Source: Candidatus Tayloriibacteriota bacterium (GTDB lineage: Bacteria > Patescibacteriota > Minisyncoccia > Phycocordibacterales > PALSA-1337). Taken from it: 64,000 bases of DNA. This document shows positions 1 to 9,511 of the stretch, piece by piece. Made by a program: the position numbers and the translations under genes. The DNA is taken from the NCBI GenBank assembly GCA_028286665.1, contig JAQBRD010000026.1, positions 7,967 through 71,966 on the forward strand, given 5' to 3'. Positions within the stretch are counted from its first letter, which is position 1; the number at the start of each line of letters is the position of its first letter. The notes under the pieces were generated by a model. That model did no database searches. It was not told the DNA's origin and saw nothing but the letters and a program-made list of their open reading frames with translations.

Positions 1-519
1 ATGTACAAGCGATTCGGCAGCACGACAGTTGAAATTCAGAAGCGGGGAATCATCGTCTTCGTCATCGCCGCGAATATCTTGACGATCTTCGCGTTCACTA
101 CTCAGGTCACCTCATTCCACAAGGCGAAGAATATCAGCCTCGCGAAGCAGTACCAGTCTGAAAGCATCAAGTCTGAACAATATAATAGCGGATACGATAC
201 GTCAGGAGTCCGTTCGGAAATCAGCAAGAAATATTACGAGGAGACCTCAAGCAACAATAACCGGTCGAATACGCTCGTCTCGATTCTCTGGGCGGCGTAC
301 GCAGCGCTTCTTACTGCGATCGGCTTCATGCGTCGAATTGCGGCAGTCCGACGTCTTGGCCTCGTCCTCTTCGTACTCACGGCGCTCAAGGTGCTCTTTG
401 ACGTCTGGAGCCTCGGCGAGATCTATCGGATCGTCTCATTCATCGTCTTCGGCCTGATCGCGCTCATCGCTTCATTCGCATACGCAAAGTACAAGGATCG
501 CTTGAAGGAAATCGTCTAA
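1..519 (+). CDS. DUF2339-like multi-pass membrane protein, C-terminal part (probably 5'-truncated by the window)
   Basis: Hydrophobic helices ending in 'SILWAAYA...RRLGLVLF...KVLFDVWSLGEIYRIVSFIVFG', typical of DUF2339 C-termini; precedes a DUF3999-like gene. Confidence 0.7.
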   Translation: MYKRFGSTTVEIQKRGIIVFVIAANILTIFAFTTQVTSFHKAKNISLAKQYQSESIKSEQYNSGYDTSGVRSEISKKYYEETSSNNNRSNTLVSILWAAYAALLTAIGFMRRIAAVRRLGLVLFVLTALKVLFDVWSLGEIYRIVSFIVFGLIALIASFAYAKYKDRLKEIV

Positions 520-527
520 TACATCAT

Positions 528-1865
528 ATGAAACATACATCTACATCGAAATTGCGATCGAATGCGGCGGCGCTTATCATGGTTGCAGCGTTGTTTGCTG
601 GCGCGGGAATCGCTCATGCCGCATTCAGCCCTGATGCGTGGAAATACATGCGGACGGTCACGATCCCTGCAGGAAGCGGGCAGAGCAGCTTCGCCAAAGT
701 CGTCCTTCCATCTGATATTTCCCGCACCGCTGAGGGATTCGCAGATATTCGCATCCTGAATCAAGATGGCATCGAAACCCCATATCTTCTGACGAGAAGC
801 ATTTCGCAGAAGGGTGATGTCATGACTCCGCGATTGCTCGACATGGGAACGGTTGGCGGAGAGACGCGCTTTGTCGCTGATGTCGGCCAGAACGGCCTCG
901 TGCATAGCGGCATGTCGATCGATGCTGCATCGAAAAATTTCAAGCGGCAGGTGAAAGTGTACGCATCGCATTGGCCGATCGCGGTCGACAGCTCGGAGTG
1001 GGCGCTCATCACTGATAAGGGATATATCTTCAAATTCACCGATCCACAGACTGGCTATGTCGCTGGAAAGAATGAAGTCAGCTTTCCGGCAAGTTCAGCG
1101 CGATATTTGAAAGTGGTCATCAGCAGCGGCGAGGAAGGTCCGGTGGCCGTTTCGAATGCGGTGCTTTATGGAGATTCGCATGTCGATGTTCCGACGACGG
1201 TGAAGGAGTTTCCGGTGAGCGTATTCAATAACCCAACGAAGCGCGCTACGGAAATCACTGTCGATCTCGGCGGTCCGGGCAATCTCACGAATGCGATCTC
1301 GCTCAATACTGAAGACAGGAATTACAGCCGGCGAGTCATCATCGAATCGTCCAATTCGAATGGCGCGACATCGACTTGGCGGTATGTCGGCCAAGGATCC
1401 ATCTCGAATGTCTCGACATCCATGTTCGCCGGCTCATCGAATCGAATCGCCTATTCGGAACAGAAATCCCGATTCATCCGGGCATCTATCGTGAATGATG
1501 ACAATCGTCCGCTCGCAGTCGGCGCTGCGGCTTCGATAGAAAGTCCGGTCATATCGGCGGTCTTCGAAACCAGGCCAGGCGAGGCATACCGCCTTTATTA
1601 TGGAAATCCGCTGGCTGTCGTTCCGGTATATGATATCGCGAGGATGGCTTCATACCTCGAAGAGAATAAGATCCCTTCGGCTTTCCTCAGCGACGAAACG
1701 GATAACGCTGCCTATGTCATTCCGCAGGGCCCGGTCGTCCCATTCACCGAATCCCACCAATGGCTGCTCAATGCGCTGCTCGTCATCGTGGTTCTTATCA
1801 TCGGCGGAGGGGTGGCATGGTATCTGCGCACATATATGAATAATTCCCAAAGCAATGCAAAATAA
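528..1865 (+). CDS. DUF3999-like exported protein with C-terminal membrane anchor
   Basis: Signal peptide, 'WKYMR..I', 'DIRI...ETPY', 'YRLYYGNP...PVYD', C-terminal TM helix; usual partner of DUF2339. Confidence 0.65.
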   Translation: MKHTSTSKLRSNAAALIMVAALFAGAGIAHAAFSPDAWKYMRTVTIPAGSGQSSFAKVVLPSDISRTAEGFADIRILNQDGIETPYLLTRSISQKGDVMTPRLLDMGTVGGETRFVADVGQNGLVHSGMSIDAASKNFKRQVKVYASHWPIAVDSSEWALITDKGYIFKFTDPQTGYVAGKNEVSFPASSARYLKVVISSGEEGPVAVSNAVLYGDSHVDVPTTVKEFPVSVFNNPTKRATEITVDLGGPGNLTNAISLNTEDRNYSRRVIIESSNSNGATSTWRYVGQGSISNVSTSMFAGSSNRIAYSEQKSRFIRASIVNDDNRPLAVGAAASIESPVISAVFETRPGEAYRLYYGNPLAVVPVYDIARMASYLEENKIPSAFLSDETDNAAYVIPQGPVVPFTESHQWLLNALLVIVVLIIGGGVAWYLRTYMNNSQSNAK

Positions 1866-2106
1866 GATCTGGTTCAAGGCGAAGCGATACGGCTGGGGCT
1901 GGAGGCCGGTGACATGGCAGGGATGGCTGATCCTCCTCGCATATCTCGCGCTTGTCGTCGGAGCATTCCTGCTCACCGACAGCGAATCCCATTCCGATTC
2001 CGATACGCTCATTTCATTCGCCTTGCCGTTCATTCTGCTTACCTTCTGCCTGATCGCGATCTGCCATAAGACCGGAGAGAAATCAGGAGAAAAAATACCA
2101 AAATAA
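1855..2106 (+). CDS. Small two-TM membrane protein
   Basis: 'WFKAKRYGWGWRPVTWQGW' motif, two TM helices, 'KTGE' end; overlaps the upstream stop. Confidence 0.7.
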   Translation: MQNKIWFKAKRYGWGWRPVTWQGWLILLAYLALVVGAFLLTDSESHSDSDTLISFALPFILLTFCLIAICHKTGEKSGEKIPK

Positions 2107-2120
2107 ACTAAACGAAACAT

Positions 2121-3122
2121 ATGACACAGAAAACCCTCGACGCAGCGCCCATAATTCTCGAAGCGGTCAGAGCCTCGAAGAATATCCTGCTTCACTGCCA
2201 CCCTTCGCCTGATCCGGATAGCGTCTGCTCCGCGCTTGCCATGAAGTCTGCGCTCGAGCAGCTCGGCAAGCAGGCGACGATCATCTCGGGAGATTCGAAT
2301 ATTCCTGCAGCTTTTTCGCATTTTCCAGGATTCAGCTCGATCCTCCAGAAGAGCATCGGCGAAATCGATCTCGCGGCATATGATCTCTTCATCGCGCAGG
2401 ATTCCGGGTCGATCGGGATGGTATCGCGGAAAACCGCTGTCGTCTTTCCTCCGACGATGAAAGTCGTCGTGATCGATCATCATGCGACGAATACGGGCTA
2501 CGGCCATATCAATCTCGTCGATGCAGCATATCCTGCGGTCGCGCAGATGCTTTCCGATATCTTTTCGGTTTGGGGTATCGTCATGAATCAGGAGATCGCT
2601 TCGAATCTCATGATCGGACTGTTCACGGATACCGGTGGCTTCCGATATGGGGCTATGCCGTCTGAAACGTTCGCATGCGCGGCGGAGCTCGTGAAGCATG
2701 TTCCGAATTTCAATCAGCTCATCTCCACGATGGAGAATAGCAATACGCCGGATACGCTCATCTTCCAGGCTCTCGCGCTTTCATCGATCGAAACGCATTT
2801 CGGAGGCAATCTCGCCATCTCGGCCGTTCCATACAGCGCCATCAAATCCAAAGGCATCGATATCCAAGCGATCAGCGGAGCGGTGATCGCGAATCTGCTC
2901 AAATCCGTCATCGGCTGGAATGTCGCGGTATCGCTCGTCGAAGAGGAGCCGAACAAAGTGAAGCTCAGCTTCCGCACGCGCGACGCCGCGAAATTCGACG
3001 TATCGAAGATCGCAGTGAAAGTCGGCGGCGGAGGCCATAAGGCCGCCGCCGGAGCATTGATCGAAGCACCGTTCGAAGAGGCGAAGAAGCGGGTGATCGA
3101 CGCGGCCGGCCAATCCATGTAA
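2121..3122 (+). CDS. nrnA: DHH/DHHA1 phosphoesterase (NrnA-like nanoRNase/pAp phosphatase)
   Basis: HxxPDPD, D, IDHH, TDTG, SFR and GGGGH motifs. Confidence 0.88.
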   Translation: MTQKTLDAAPIILEAVRASKNILLHCHPSPDPDSVCSALAMKSALEQLGKQATIISGDSNIPAAFSHFPGFSSILQKSIGEIDLAAYDLFIAQDSGSIGMVSRKTAVVFPPTMKVVVIDHHATNTGYGHINLVDAAYPAVAQMLSDIFSVWGIVMNQEIASNLMIGLFTDTGGFRYGAMPSETFACAAELVKHVPNFNQLISTMENSNTPDTLIFQALALSSIETHFGGNLAISAVPYSAIKSKGIDIQAISGAVIANLLKSVIGWNVAVSLVEEEPNKVKLSFRTRDAAKFDVSKIAVKVGGGGHKAAAGALIEAPFEEAKKRVIDAAGQSM

Positions 3123-3133
3123 AATAGGAATAT

Positions 3134-3763
3134 ATGAAACAAGGAACAATAGTTATTTCAGTCATTATCATAGGAGTGCTTGCGGGCGTATATTACATGT
3201 CGAAGAGCCCGGCTTCGACCAGCTCTGCGGTTTCTGCGCCGGTTTCAGCGAATTCAACTTCAACTAATAATCCAACAAAAAATCTCATGCATACAATCAC
3301 CATCGAAACGAACAGGGGAGTCATCGTGTTCCAGACCTATGACGCTGACGCTCCGAAGACCTCGGCGAATTTCGTGACGCTCGCGAATAAGGGCTTTTAT
3401 GACGGCGTCATCTTCCACCGAGTCATTGAAGGCTTCATGATCCAGGGCGGAGATCCTACCGGCACAGGAACCGGTGGTCCAGGCTACAAGTTCGCAGATG
3501 AGCTCGATCCGAATACCGCTTCAGCGAAAGCTGGCTATGTCCGCGGCACAGTTGCGATGGCGAATTCCGGTCCGAATACCAATGGCAGCCAGTTCTTCAT
3601 CATGCACAAGGATTATCCGCTGCCGCTCAACTATACTATTTTCGGCAAGGTCATCTCCGGCATGGATGTCGTCGACGCTATCGCTACCAGCAAGGTGGAC
3701 GGCAGCGATAAGCCGGTTGATCCTGTCATCATGAAGAAGGTCACCGTCGCAGAGAGCAAGTAA
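3134..3763 (+). CDS. Cyclophilin-type peptidyl-prolyl isomerase with N-terminal membrane anchor
   Basis: FYDGVIFHRVIEGFMIQGGDPTG, AMANSGPNTNGSQFFI, YTIFGKV. Confidence 0.95.
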   Translation: MKQGTIVISVIIIGVLAGVYYMSKSPASTSSAVSAPVSANSTSTNNPTKNLMHTITIETNRGVIVFQTYDADAPKTSANFVTLANKGFYDGVIFHRVIEGFMIQGGDPTGTGTGGPGYKFADELDPNTASAKAGYVRGTVAMANSGPNTNGSQFFIMHKDYPLPLNYTIFGKVISGMDVVDAIATSKVDGSDKPVDPVIMKKVTVAESK

Positions 3764-3882
3764 TACAAAGAAAAAGAGCATCTGAGAGGGCTCTCCGCAG
3801 ACCGATGAGGTCGAGGAGGAGCTGGTCGGCCAGTGAGGCCGGAACAGCGTACCCGAGCAGATGCTCTTTTTCTTTGTATTAC
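3760..3882. repeat. 25-bp perfect inverted repeat enclosing a 73-nt structured core; probably also a bidirectional terminator
   Basis: GTAATACAAAGAAAAAGAGCATCTG (3760-3784) and its exact reverse complement (3858-3882); each arm contains the TAA of one convergent gene. Confidence 0.85.
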
Positions 3883-5270
3883 GCGAGTTCCTTGTACTGG
3901 ACTGTCTTGAAAGTGACGCCGTTTGCGTCGTCTTCGACTACGGTCACTCGGTCGGTAGGAGCGAATGAGCCTGCATCGATGTTCTTCACGAGCGTCTTCA
4001 TTGAGGCTGCCTCGAGATGAATAGGTCGGACCGCATAGTAGAGCATGAGCTTCCGTGCCTCGATTTCTTCGTTGCACGCTGCGATGACGATGCATGACGG
4101 ACGATATGCTGAGAGGGCGTAATAGAGCGCCGGATCTGTGACGGTCGCGAGGATGGCCTTCGAACCTTCCTTCTTCGCATGGCTGGTGATCTCCTTCGCC
4201 TTCGCATAGACCGGAGTATTCACTTCTGGTCCGAATGCGTAGTGGGTGAGGTCGTCGATCTTGCTTTCGGTATAGACCATGACTCGGCTCATGAGAGAGG
4301 TCGCTTCGACAGGATACTCTCCGTATGCGGTTTCTCCTGACATCGATACCGCTCCGCTGCCTTCGAGGACCGCGTTAGCGACGTCGAGGACTTCGGCTCG
4401 GGTAGGGCGAGGGTTCTTGATCATGCTGTCGAGGACCTGGGTGGCTACGACTGAAGCTTTGCCTTTCTTCATTGCGGCTTCGACCATCTTCTTCTGCATG
4501 AATGGCATTTCTTCGAATGGGACTTCTGCTCCGAGATCTCCTCGCGCGACCATGAGGCCGTCGCTGTAGTTGAGGATCTCTTCAGTATTGTCGAATCCTT
4601 CGCGGTTCTCGATCTTCGAGATGACCTGCGGCTTGTAGCCAGGGAACTGATCAGTGATCGCCTTGATATCGAGAAGATCCTGCTTTCCTCGGACGAATGA
4701 GTGGATGATGAATTCGATATTATGCTTTCCGCACCATCGGATGAAGCTCTTGTCCTTCTCTGTGAGGGCGGGGAGCTCGATGTGGACGCCGGGAACGTTG
4801 ACGCTCTTTTTATTCTTCACAGTTCCGGTATTCTGAGCGACGCACTTGAGAGAGTCGCCTTCCTTCGCAGTCACGGTGAAACCGATAGTCGCATCATCGT
4901 AGAGGATGACGGTTCCGACGGGTACTTCGTTGTGGAAATTCGGATAGTCGACATGGAGCATCTGCGCTCCGTCATTGTGGTGATCGAGGTTTCCGCTGAT
5001 GTGGATGACGTCGCCTGATTTCACAGGGAATGGATTCTCGAGGTTTTTCGTACGGACTTCAGGGCCTTTCGTGTCGATCATGAGCGCGACATGCGGAGAG
5101 ACGGACTTGATTCGGGCAATGAGGGCTTCTGCGTCTGCTTCGCCCTGGTGAGCGGTGTTGAGCCAAGCGATATCGAGGCCGGCGTCGAATACGGATTTGA
5201 GGAAAGCCTCATCGGACTTGTTGTCTGCGATTTTTCCGAGGATTTTTGATTTTCTAAAATTGATTTTCAT
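3879..5270 (-). CDS. pyk: Pyruvate kinase
   Basis: DTKGPEVRT, SKIEN, MVARGDLG, ATQVLDSM, PRPTRAEVLD, SGETAYG; start moved to MKINFRKSKI (ATG at 5270). Confidence 0.93.
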   Translation of the reverse strand: MKINFRKSKILGKIADNKSDEAFLKSVFDAGLDIAWLNTAHQGEADAEALIARIKSVSPHVALMIDTKGPEVRTKNLENPFPVKSGDVIHISGNLDHHNDGAQMLHVDYPNFHNEVPVGTVILYDDATIGFTVTAKEGDSLKCVAQNTGTVKNKKSVNVPGVHIELPALTEKDKSFIRWCGKHNIEFIIHSFVRGKQDLLDIKAITDQFPGYKPQVISKIENREGFDNTEEILNYSDGLMVARGDLGAEVPFEEMPFMQKKMVEAAMKKGKASVVATQVLDSMIKNPRPTRAEVLDVANAVLEGSGAVSMSGETAYGEYPVEATSLMSRVMVYTESKIDDLTHYAFGPEVNTPVYAKAKEITSHAKKEGSKAILATVTDPALYYALSAYRPSCIVIAACNEEIEARKLMLYYAVRPIHLEAASMKTLVKNIDAGSFAPTDRVTVVEDDANGVTFKTVQYKELA

Positions 5271-5429
5271 ATGATAATTAGCTAAAGATAAATGGAGCGC
5301 AAAACAATGCGGATAGAATCTTATCAAAAAAAAGCCCATTTCACAAGCTTCGTTTCCATGGAGGAATTGGCTGCTCGGAGGTTTTTCGCAAGTTATGAAT
5401 TTTATATGAACTTTTCGCAATTTACGCTA

Positions 5430-5457
5430 TTGCGGTTATGAGTCAATCTACTATAAT
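5430..5457 (+). promoter_or_regulatory. Sigma70 promoter of radC (leaderless)
   Basis: TTGCGG-16 nt-TATAAT, ATG 6 nt downstream. Confidence 0.6.
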
Positions 5458-5463
5458 GCACAT

Positions 5464-6243
5464 ATGAATTCATACATTATCACTGATACGGACAAGCTGC
5501 TCGATTTCGTTACCGAACAGAATATATACCAGAAATCTGGCAGCGATTCTGTAGCGAAGGGAATCCGACAATACCCGCTCAAAATCCATGACCTTCCGGA
5601 GGATTCGCGCCCGCGCGAAAAGCTCATGAAGCAAGGACCTGAAGCGCTTACGTTACCCGAACTCCTCGCAGTCATACTTGGTACTGGTTCTACGAAAGAA
5701 CCTCTCCTTTCCATGTCCAATCGCATCATCCGAGAATACGGAGAACGAAGCGTTATTTCTGAGAATAATGCGAAGAAGCTCGCTGAAGACCTCAGCATTC
5801 CTGAGGGAAAAGCCTGTCAGATCGTTGCATGCGGAGAGATCGGACGCCGGCTGTATCAGAAAAACTCATCAGGATTCACTGTTATCAGAAGCGCACAGGA
5901 CGTGCACGAGTATCTCAGGGACATGCACAATCTCCCCAAGGAGCATTTGCGCGGTCTGTATCTCAATTCGCACAACCGCATCATCCATGATGAGGTGATT
6001 TCCATCGGAACTATCAACGCGAATCTCGTCCATCCGCGAGAAGTCTTCCGTCCGGCGGTAGAATACAGCGCTGCAGCTATCGTCCTCGCGCACAACCATC
6101 CTTCGGGGGTGCTCACTCCAAGCGCACAGGACGTTGAGATAACCAACCAGCTCATTGAAGCTGGAAAGGTCATCGGCATCAATATTCTCGATCACGTCAT
6201 CATCACGAAGGATTCGTTCTCGAGCATCAGTGCGAATTATTAA
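5464..6243 (+). CDS. radC: RadC/JAB-domain protein
   Basis: RPREKL..G..AL..ELLA, HPREVF, AHNHPSG..PSAQD, LDHVII. Confidence 0.93.
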   Translation: MNSYIITDTDKLLDFVTEQNIYQKSGSDSVAKGIRQYPLKIHDLPEDSRPREKLMKQGPEALTLPELLAVILGTGSTKEPLLSMSNRIIREYGERSVISENNAKKLAEDLSIPEGKACQIVACGEIGRRLYQKNSSGFTVIRSAQDVHEYLRDMHNLPKEHLRGLYLNSHNRIIHDEVISIGTINANLVHPREVFRPAVEYSAAAIVLAHNHPSGVLTPSAQDVEITNQLIEAGKVIGINILDHVIITKDSFSSISANY

Positions 6244-6279
6244 TTCCTTAATCCGCTTTCTAAAAAAGTATTTTTCAAC

Positions 6280-6657
6280 ATGTCTAATTATACGATCACG
6301 TCACCTTCGATCGAGTCGCTCATATCTGAAGATGCGCTTTACTTCGAAGGCATCAAGCGTCCGCTCATCGCTTTTGCTCTGAGGGAAGATATGCAGGCGT
6401 CGAAGAAATTCGCCGAAGGCCGGAAAGCAACAGAATTTCCGACTCTCGATTCCCACGAGCATATCGCTATTCTTGAGCGATATTTCAACGATATATACAG
6501 CTTATTTTTGAAGAAGATCGCGATTTTTTCAGGAGAAGATTCTGTTTCGGGCGATTCTGCAACAAAACTCCAAGCGCTTCTGCAGGAAATGATCAAGGTA
6601 AAGGGCCTGATCGAAGCCGCGAGTTCTGCATCAGTCGGCAGATCTCTGAAAGAATAA
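6280..6657 (+). CDS. Hypothetical protein
   Basis: 125-aa ORF filling the gap between co-oriented genes; no motif recognised. Confidence 0.55.
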   Translation: MSNYTITSPSIESLISEDALYFEGIKRPLIAFALREDMQASKKFAEGRKATEFPTLDSHEHIAILERYFNDIYSLFLKKIAIFSGEDSVSGDSATKLQALLQEMIKVKGLIEAASSASVGRSLKE

Positions 6658-6718
6658 GCTCGCAGGCTTCTTGTCCGCCTTTTATGCGGGTGACCCAGAG
6701 TGAGCTATAATAGTCGAA

Positions 6719-8191
6719 ATGGGCTATAAAGACTTCTTTAAGAGCAAACGCATAGCCGTAGTCGGCGTCGGGGAGCATGGTTCGATGCTGCCTGATATTC
6801 GCTTTCTCTTGAAGCTCAAAGCATGCGTATCCATATACGATATCCGAAGCAGGGATAAGCTCGGCGGCGATGAGTCTGGCAGCGTAGCGAAAGAGATCGA
6901 GAATATCTGCATCGCAGCGCAAATCGGCGCACCGGCGTCCTGCCAATTCGGCCTCATCGGACTCATGTCTGATGCTGCTGCTCGGAAAAGTTTCGAGAAT
7001 GAGCTGGCCGAATCGGACCTTATCATCCTCGCTCCGGACATCTCACGAAGTTCAGGTTTCCTGAAACAAGCGATCACCGCTGGCGTTCGCATCGAATATT
7101 CAGACACGCTCCTTTTCAAGCTCATTCCTTCGACGATGCTTGTCGGCGTCATGGGATCCGCTGGAAAATCCGCAGTCTCAGCGATGCTCTACGATATTCT
7201 CCGCCGAGCGGGGAGGAAAACCGTCGATGCTGAAACGGACGAGGTCCGAGAAGAGACGCGAACCGGCGCTGGCGTCTTTCATGTCGACGTCGAATCCGGA
7301 GATGTGCTTTCCGCGCTGAAAAAGATCAAGAAGGACGATATCATCATAGCTCGAATGCCGGAGCATCTCATGGATGAATATCGCATAGCGCGCATAACGC
7401 CGCATGTTGCGGTGCTGACGCATGTTTCCAAATCTCTTGCGGAAATGGGAAAGGAGTTTTTCGGCATCCTTGAATTTCAGACCTACAATTCTTTCATCGT
7501 CGCGAGCGACCTTGCCGTAGACATGCTGAAGAAAAGCGGAGGATTCCAGCCTCGGGCGAAGATCATCCGCACCAGGCCTGCGACGATACCGTCGGATTGG
7601 CATATCAGGATGCCGAATGCGCACGCGCGAGATAATGCCACTCTGGCTATCGAGGCCGCGCTTATTTTCAAGATCGAGCCGGACATCATCCATTTGGCGC
7701 TCGCTGACGTGAAGCAGCTCAAGGGCAGGCTTGAAAAGGTCCGGACCAGCAAGAACGGCGTCGAATTCTACAATGACTCGATGTCTGCGCGCCCCGAAGC
7801 GACGCTTGCCGCCCTGCGCGCACTTGGCGCTACCGGCGAGCGCCGGAGCATCGTCCTCATCATGGGCGGATCATATACCGGAGTTTCGTATGAGGAACTC
7901 ATCAGCCATATTCCGCAATATGTCTCGACTCTCATCCTCCTGCCTGGCAGCGGAACGCTTACCGAGCGGCAGGCTTTCGAAAAGCTCGCTGATGAGGAAC
8001 AGCCTATGCCAGGCAAGACGCATCCGAAGGTTTCATATGTGAAGACTATCGCTGAAGGGATGGCTGTCGCTCAAGCTTCTGCAGGAAAAGGCGACAGGGT
8101 GCTTTTCAGCCCCGCCTTTGATATTGTCGGTTTTGAATCGAAATTGGAGCGCGGCGAAGAATTCATTCGGCTCGTGAAAGGAATACATTAG
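6719..8191 (+). CDS. MurD-like Mur ligase, divergent
   Basis: N-terminal 'KSKRIAVVGVG', P-loop GSAGKS, GRLE, FYNDS, LIMGG, VLFSPA, ERGEEF; middle-domain motifs degenerate. Confidence 0.75.
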   Translation: MGYKDFFKSKRIAVVGVGEHGSMLPDIRFLLKLKACVSIYDIRSRDKLGGDESGSVAKEIENICIAAQIGAPASCQFGLIGLMSDAAARKSFENELAESDLIILAPDISRSSGFLKQAITAGVRIEYSDTLLFKLIPSTMLVGVMGSAGKSAVSAMLYDILRRAGRKTVDAETDEVREETRTGAGVFHVDVESGDVLSALKKIKKDDIIIARMPEHLMDEYRIARITPHVAVLTHVSKSLAEMGKEFFGILEFQTYNSFIVASDLAVDMLKKSGGFQPRAKIIRTRPATIPSDWHIRMPNAHARDNATLAIEAALIFKIEPDIIHLALADVKQLKGRLEKVRTSKNGVEFYNDSMSARPEATLAALRALGATGERRSIVLIMGGSYTGVSYEELISHIPQYVSTLILLPGSGTLTERQAFEKLADEEQPMPGKTHPKVSYVKTIAEGMAVAQASAGKGDRVLFSPAFDIVGFESKLERGEEFIRLVKGIH

Positions 8192-8200
8192 GAGGCAGCC

Positions 8201-9493
8201 TTACATCGAAGAGATGTCTCTCGGATAGAAAAGATCCACGGTCCATTCCGCCGCGATGCGGAAGCGCTTGCGCCATGAGTGGAAATTGAATAAGTAAATA
8301 GTTCTCCAGAGCCACCACATGAAGGGGCCTTTGAGCGTGACGCCGTGGATGCTGCCGACGGCGTACCATTTGCCGAGGGAAGCGAGGAGACCCTTCTGCT
8401 TGAAGGAGAATGGCTTCATGTGCTCAGGCTTGCTTTCGATGACTGCGGTGATATTTCGTGCCACGATCTTCGCCTGCTGCGAAGCTACTTGCGCGAGCAT
8501 CGGATACGTTCCGGAAGCGTCGCCGAGAGCGAAGATTTCTGGCCTGCCGACGACGCGGAGGAGCTCATCGATCTTGATCCGATTGCCGCGCTCACGCTCG
8601 GCTCCTGGAATGTCCCATTGCGTGGCAGCAACTCCTGCTACCCAGATGATGGTCTGCGCAAGGATGACGGATTCGATGACTGCTGTCTGCGTGATATGCG
8701 GAACGGGACTGCCTGGTGCTGCGGGAGCAATCACTGCCGGCTTTCCGGTTCTGACTTCGTGATTCGCCACCTCGATGACGTTGACGCCAAGTCGGACATC
8801 GACTCCTCGCTTCTTCAATTCTTCGAGGGCTATCGCGCGCATTTCCTGAGGGAACACTGGGAGGAGGTCTGGACTGCTCGCGACGAGGGTGACGGTCATG
8901 TCGCCGCTATCGAAACAGGCGTGGTGATAGTACGAGCAAAGAGTGTCGCGCATGAATTCGATCAGTTCTGCCGCGAGTTCGACGCCGGTCGCGCCGCCGC
9001 CGACGATCAATACCGAAAGGAGGCGGCGGCGCTCCTCTATATCCGTCGTCATCGCTGCCTTCTCGCAGGCTTTGATGAGCGCGGTTCGGATGTTGATCGC
9101 ATCGCTGAGGTCCTTGAGAGTGAGGGAATATTTCTCTGCGCCGGGCACGCCGTAGTAATTCGTCGTCGCGCCGGAGCTCACGACGAGGTAATCGTATGCG
9201 ATCGGACCTGAACTCGTCTTCACGAGCTTCTTGTCGGCATCGATGCCTTTCACTTCAGCCTGCACGAAGTGCACGTTGCTGCCGCGGAGGATTTCACGGA
9301 TAGGCTCGACGACCGAGTGCGAGCTCAATGCTCCTGTGGCGACTTCGTGCAGCAGGGGAGTGAAGAGGAAATAGTTATCGCGATTGATGATCGTAACTTC
9401 CGCGATGCCTTTCTCGACGATAGGCTTCAGATGTCGCGCGGTATATACTCCGCCGAAACCTCCTCCGACGATGACGATGCGTGGTATGCTCAT
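8201..9493 (-). CDS. ndh: Type II NADH dehydrogenase-like FAD oxidoreductase
   Basis: VGGGFGG, FTPLLHEVATG, YDYLVV, VGGGATGVELAAE, FALGD, AQVASQQ; start at MSIP chosen because TATAAT lies 7 nt upstream. Confidence 0.85.
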   Translation of the reverse strand: MSIPRIVIVGGGFGGVYTARHLKPIVEKGIAEVTIINRDNYFLFTPLLHEVATGALSSHSVVEPIREILRGSNVHFVQAEVKGIDADKKLVKTSSGPIAYDYLVVSSGATTNYYGVPGAEKYSLTLKDLSDAINIRTALIKACEKAAMTTDIEERRRLLSVLIVGGGATGVELAAELIEFMRDTLCSYYHHACFDSGDMTVTLVASSPDLLPVFPQEMRAIALEELKKRGVDVRLGVNVIEVANHEVRTGKPAVIAPAAPGSPVPHITQTAVIESVILAQTIIWVAGVAATQWDIPGAERERGNRIKIDELLRVVGRPEIFALGDASGTYPMLAQVASQQAKIVARNITAVIESKPEHMKPFSFKQKGLLASLGKWYAVGSIHGVTLKGPFMWWLWRTIYLFNFHSWRKRFRIAAEWTVDLFYPRDISSM

Positions 9494-9511
9494 GCCGTAC
9501 ATTATATATGA

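Noticed and set aside
3785-3857. Hammerhead ribozyme (CCGATGAG resembles CUGAUGAG)
   Set aside because: The core is CCGA rather than CUGA, and there is no correctly placed GAAA or stem arrangement
5464-6243. radC as a marker of a mobile element
   Set aside because: It is the full-length chromosomal type with an N-terminal HhH region, and no mobility genes are adjacent
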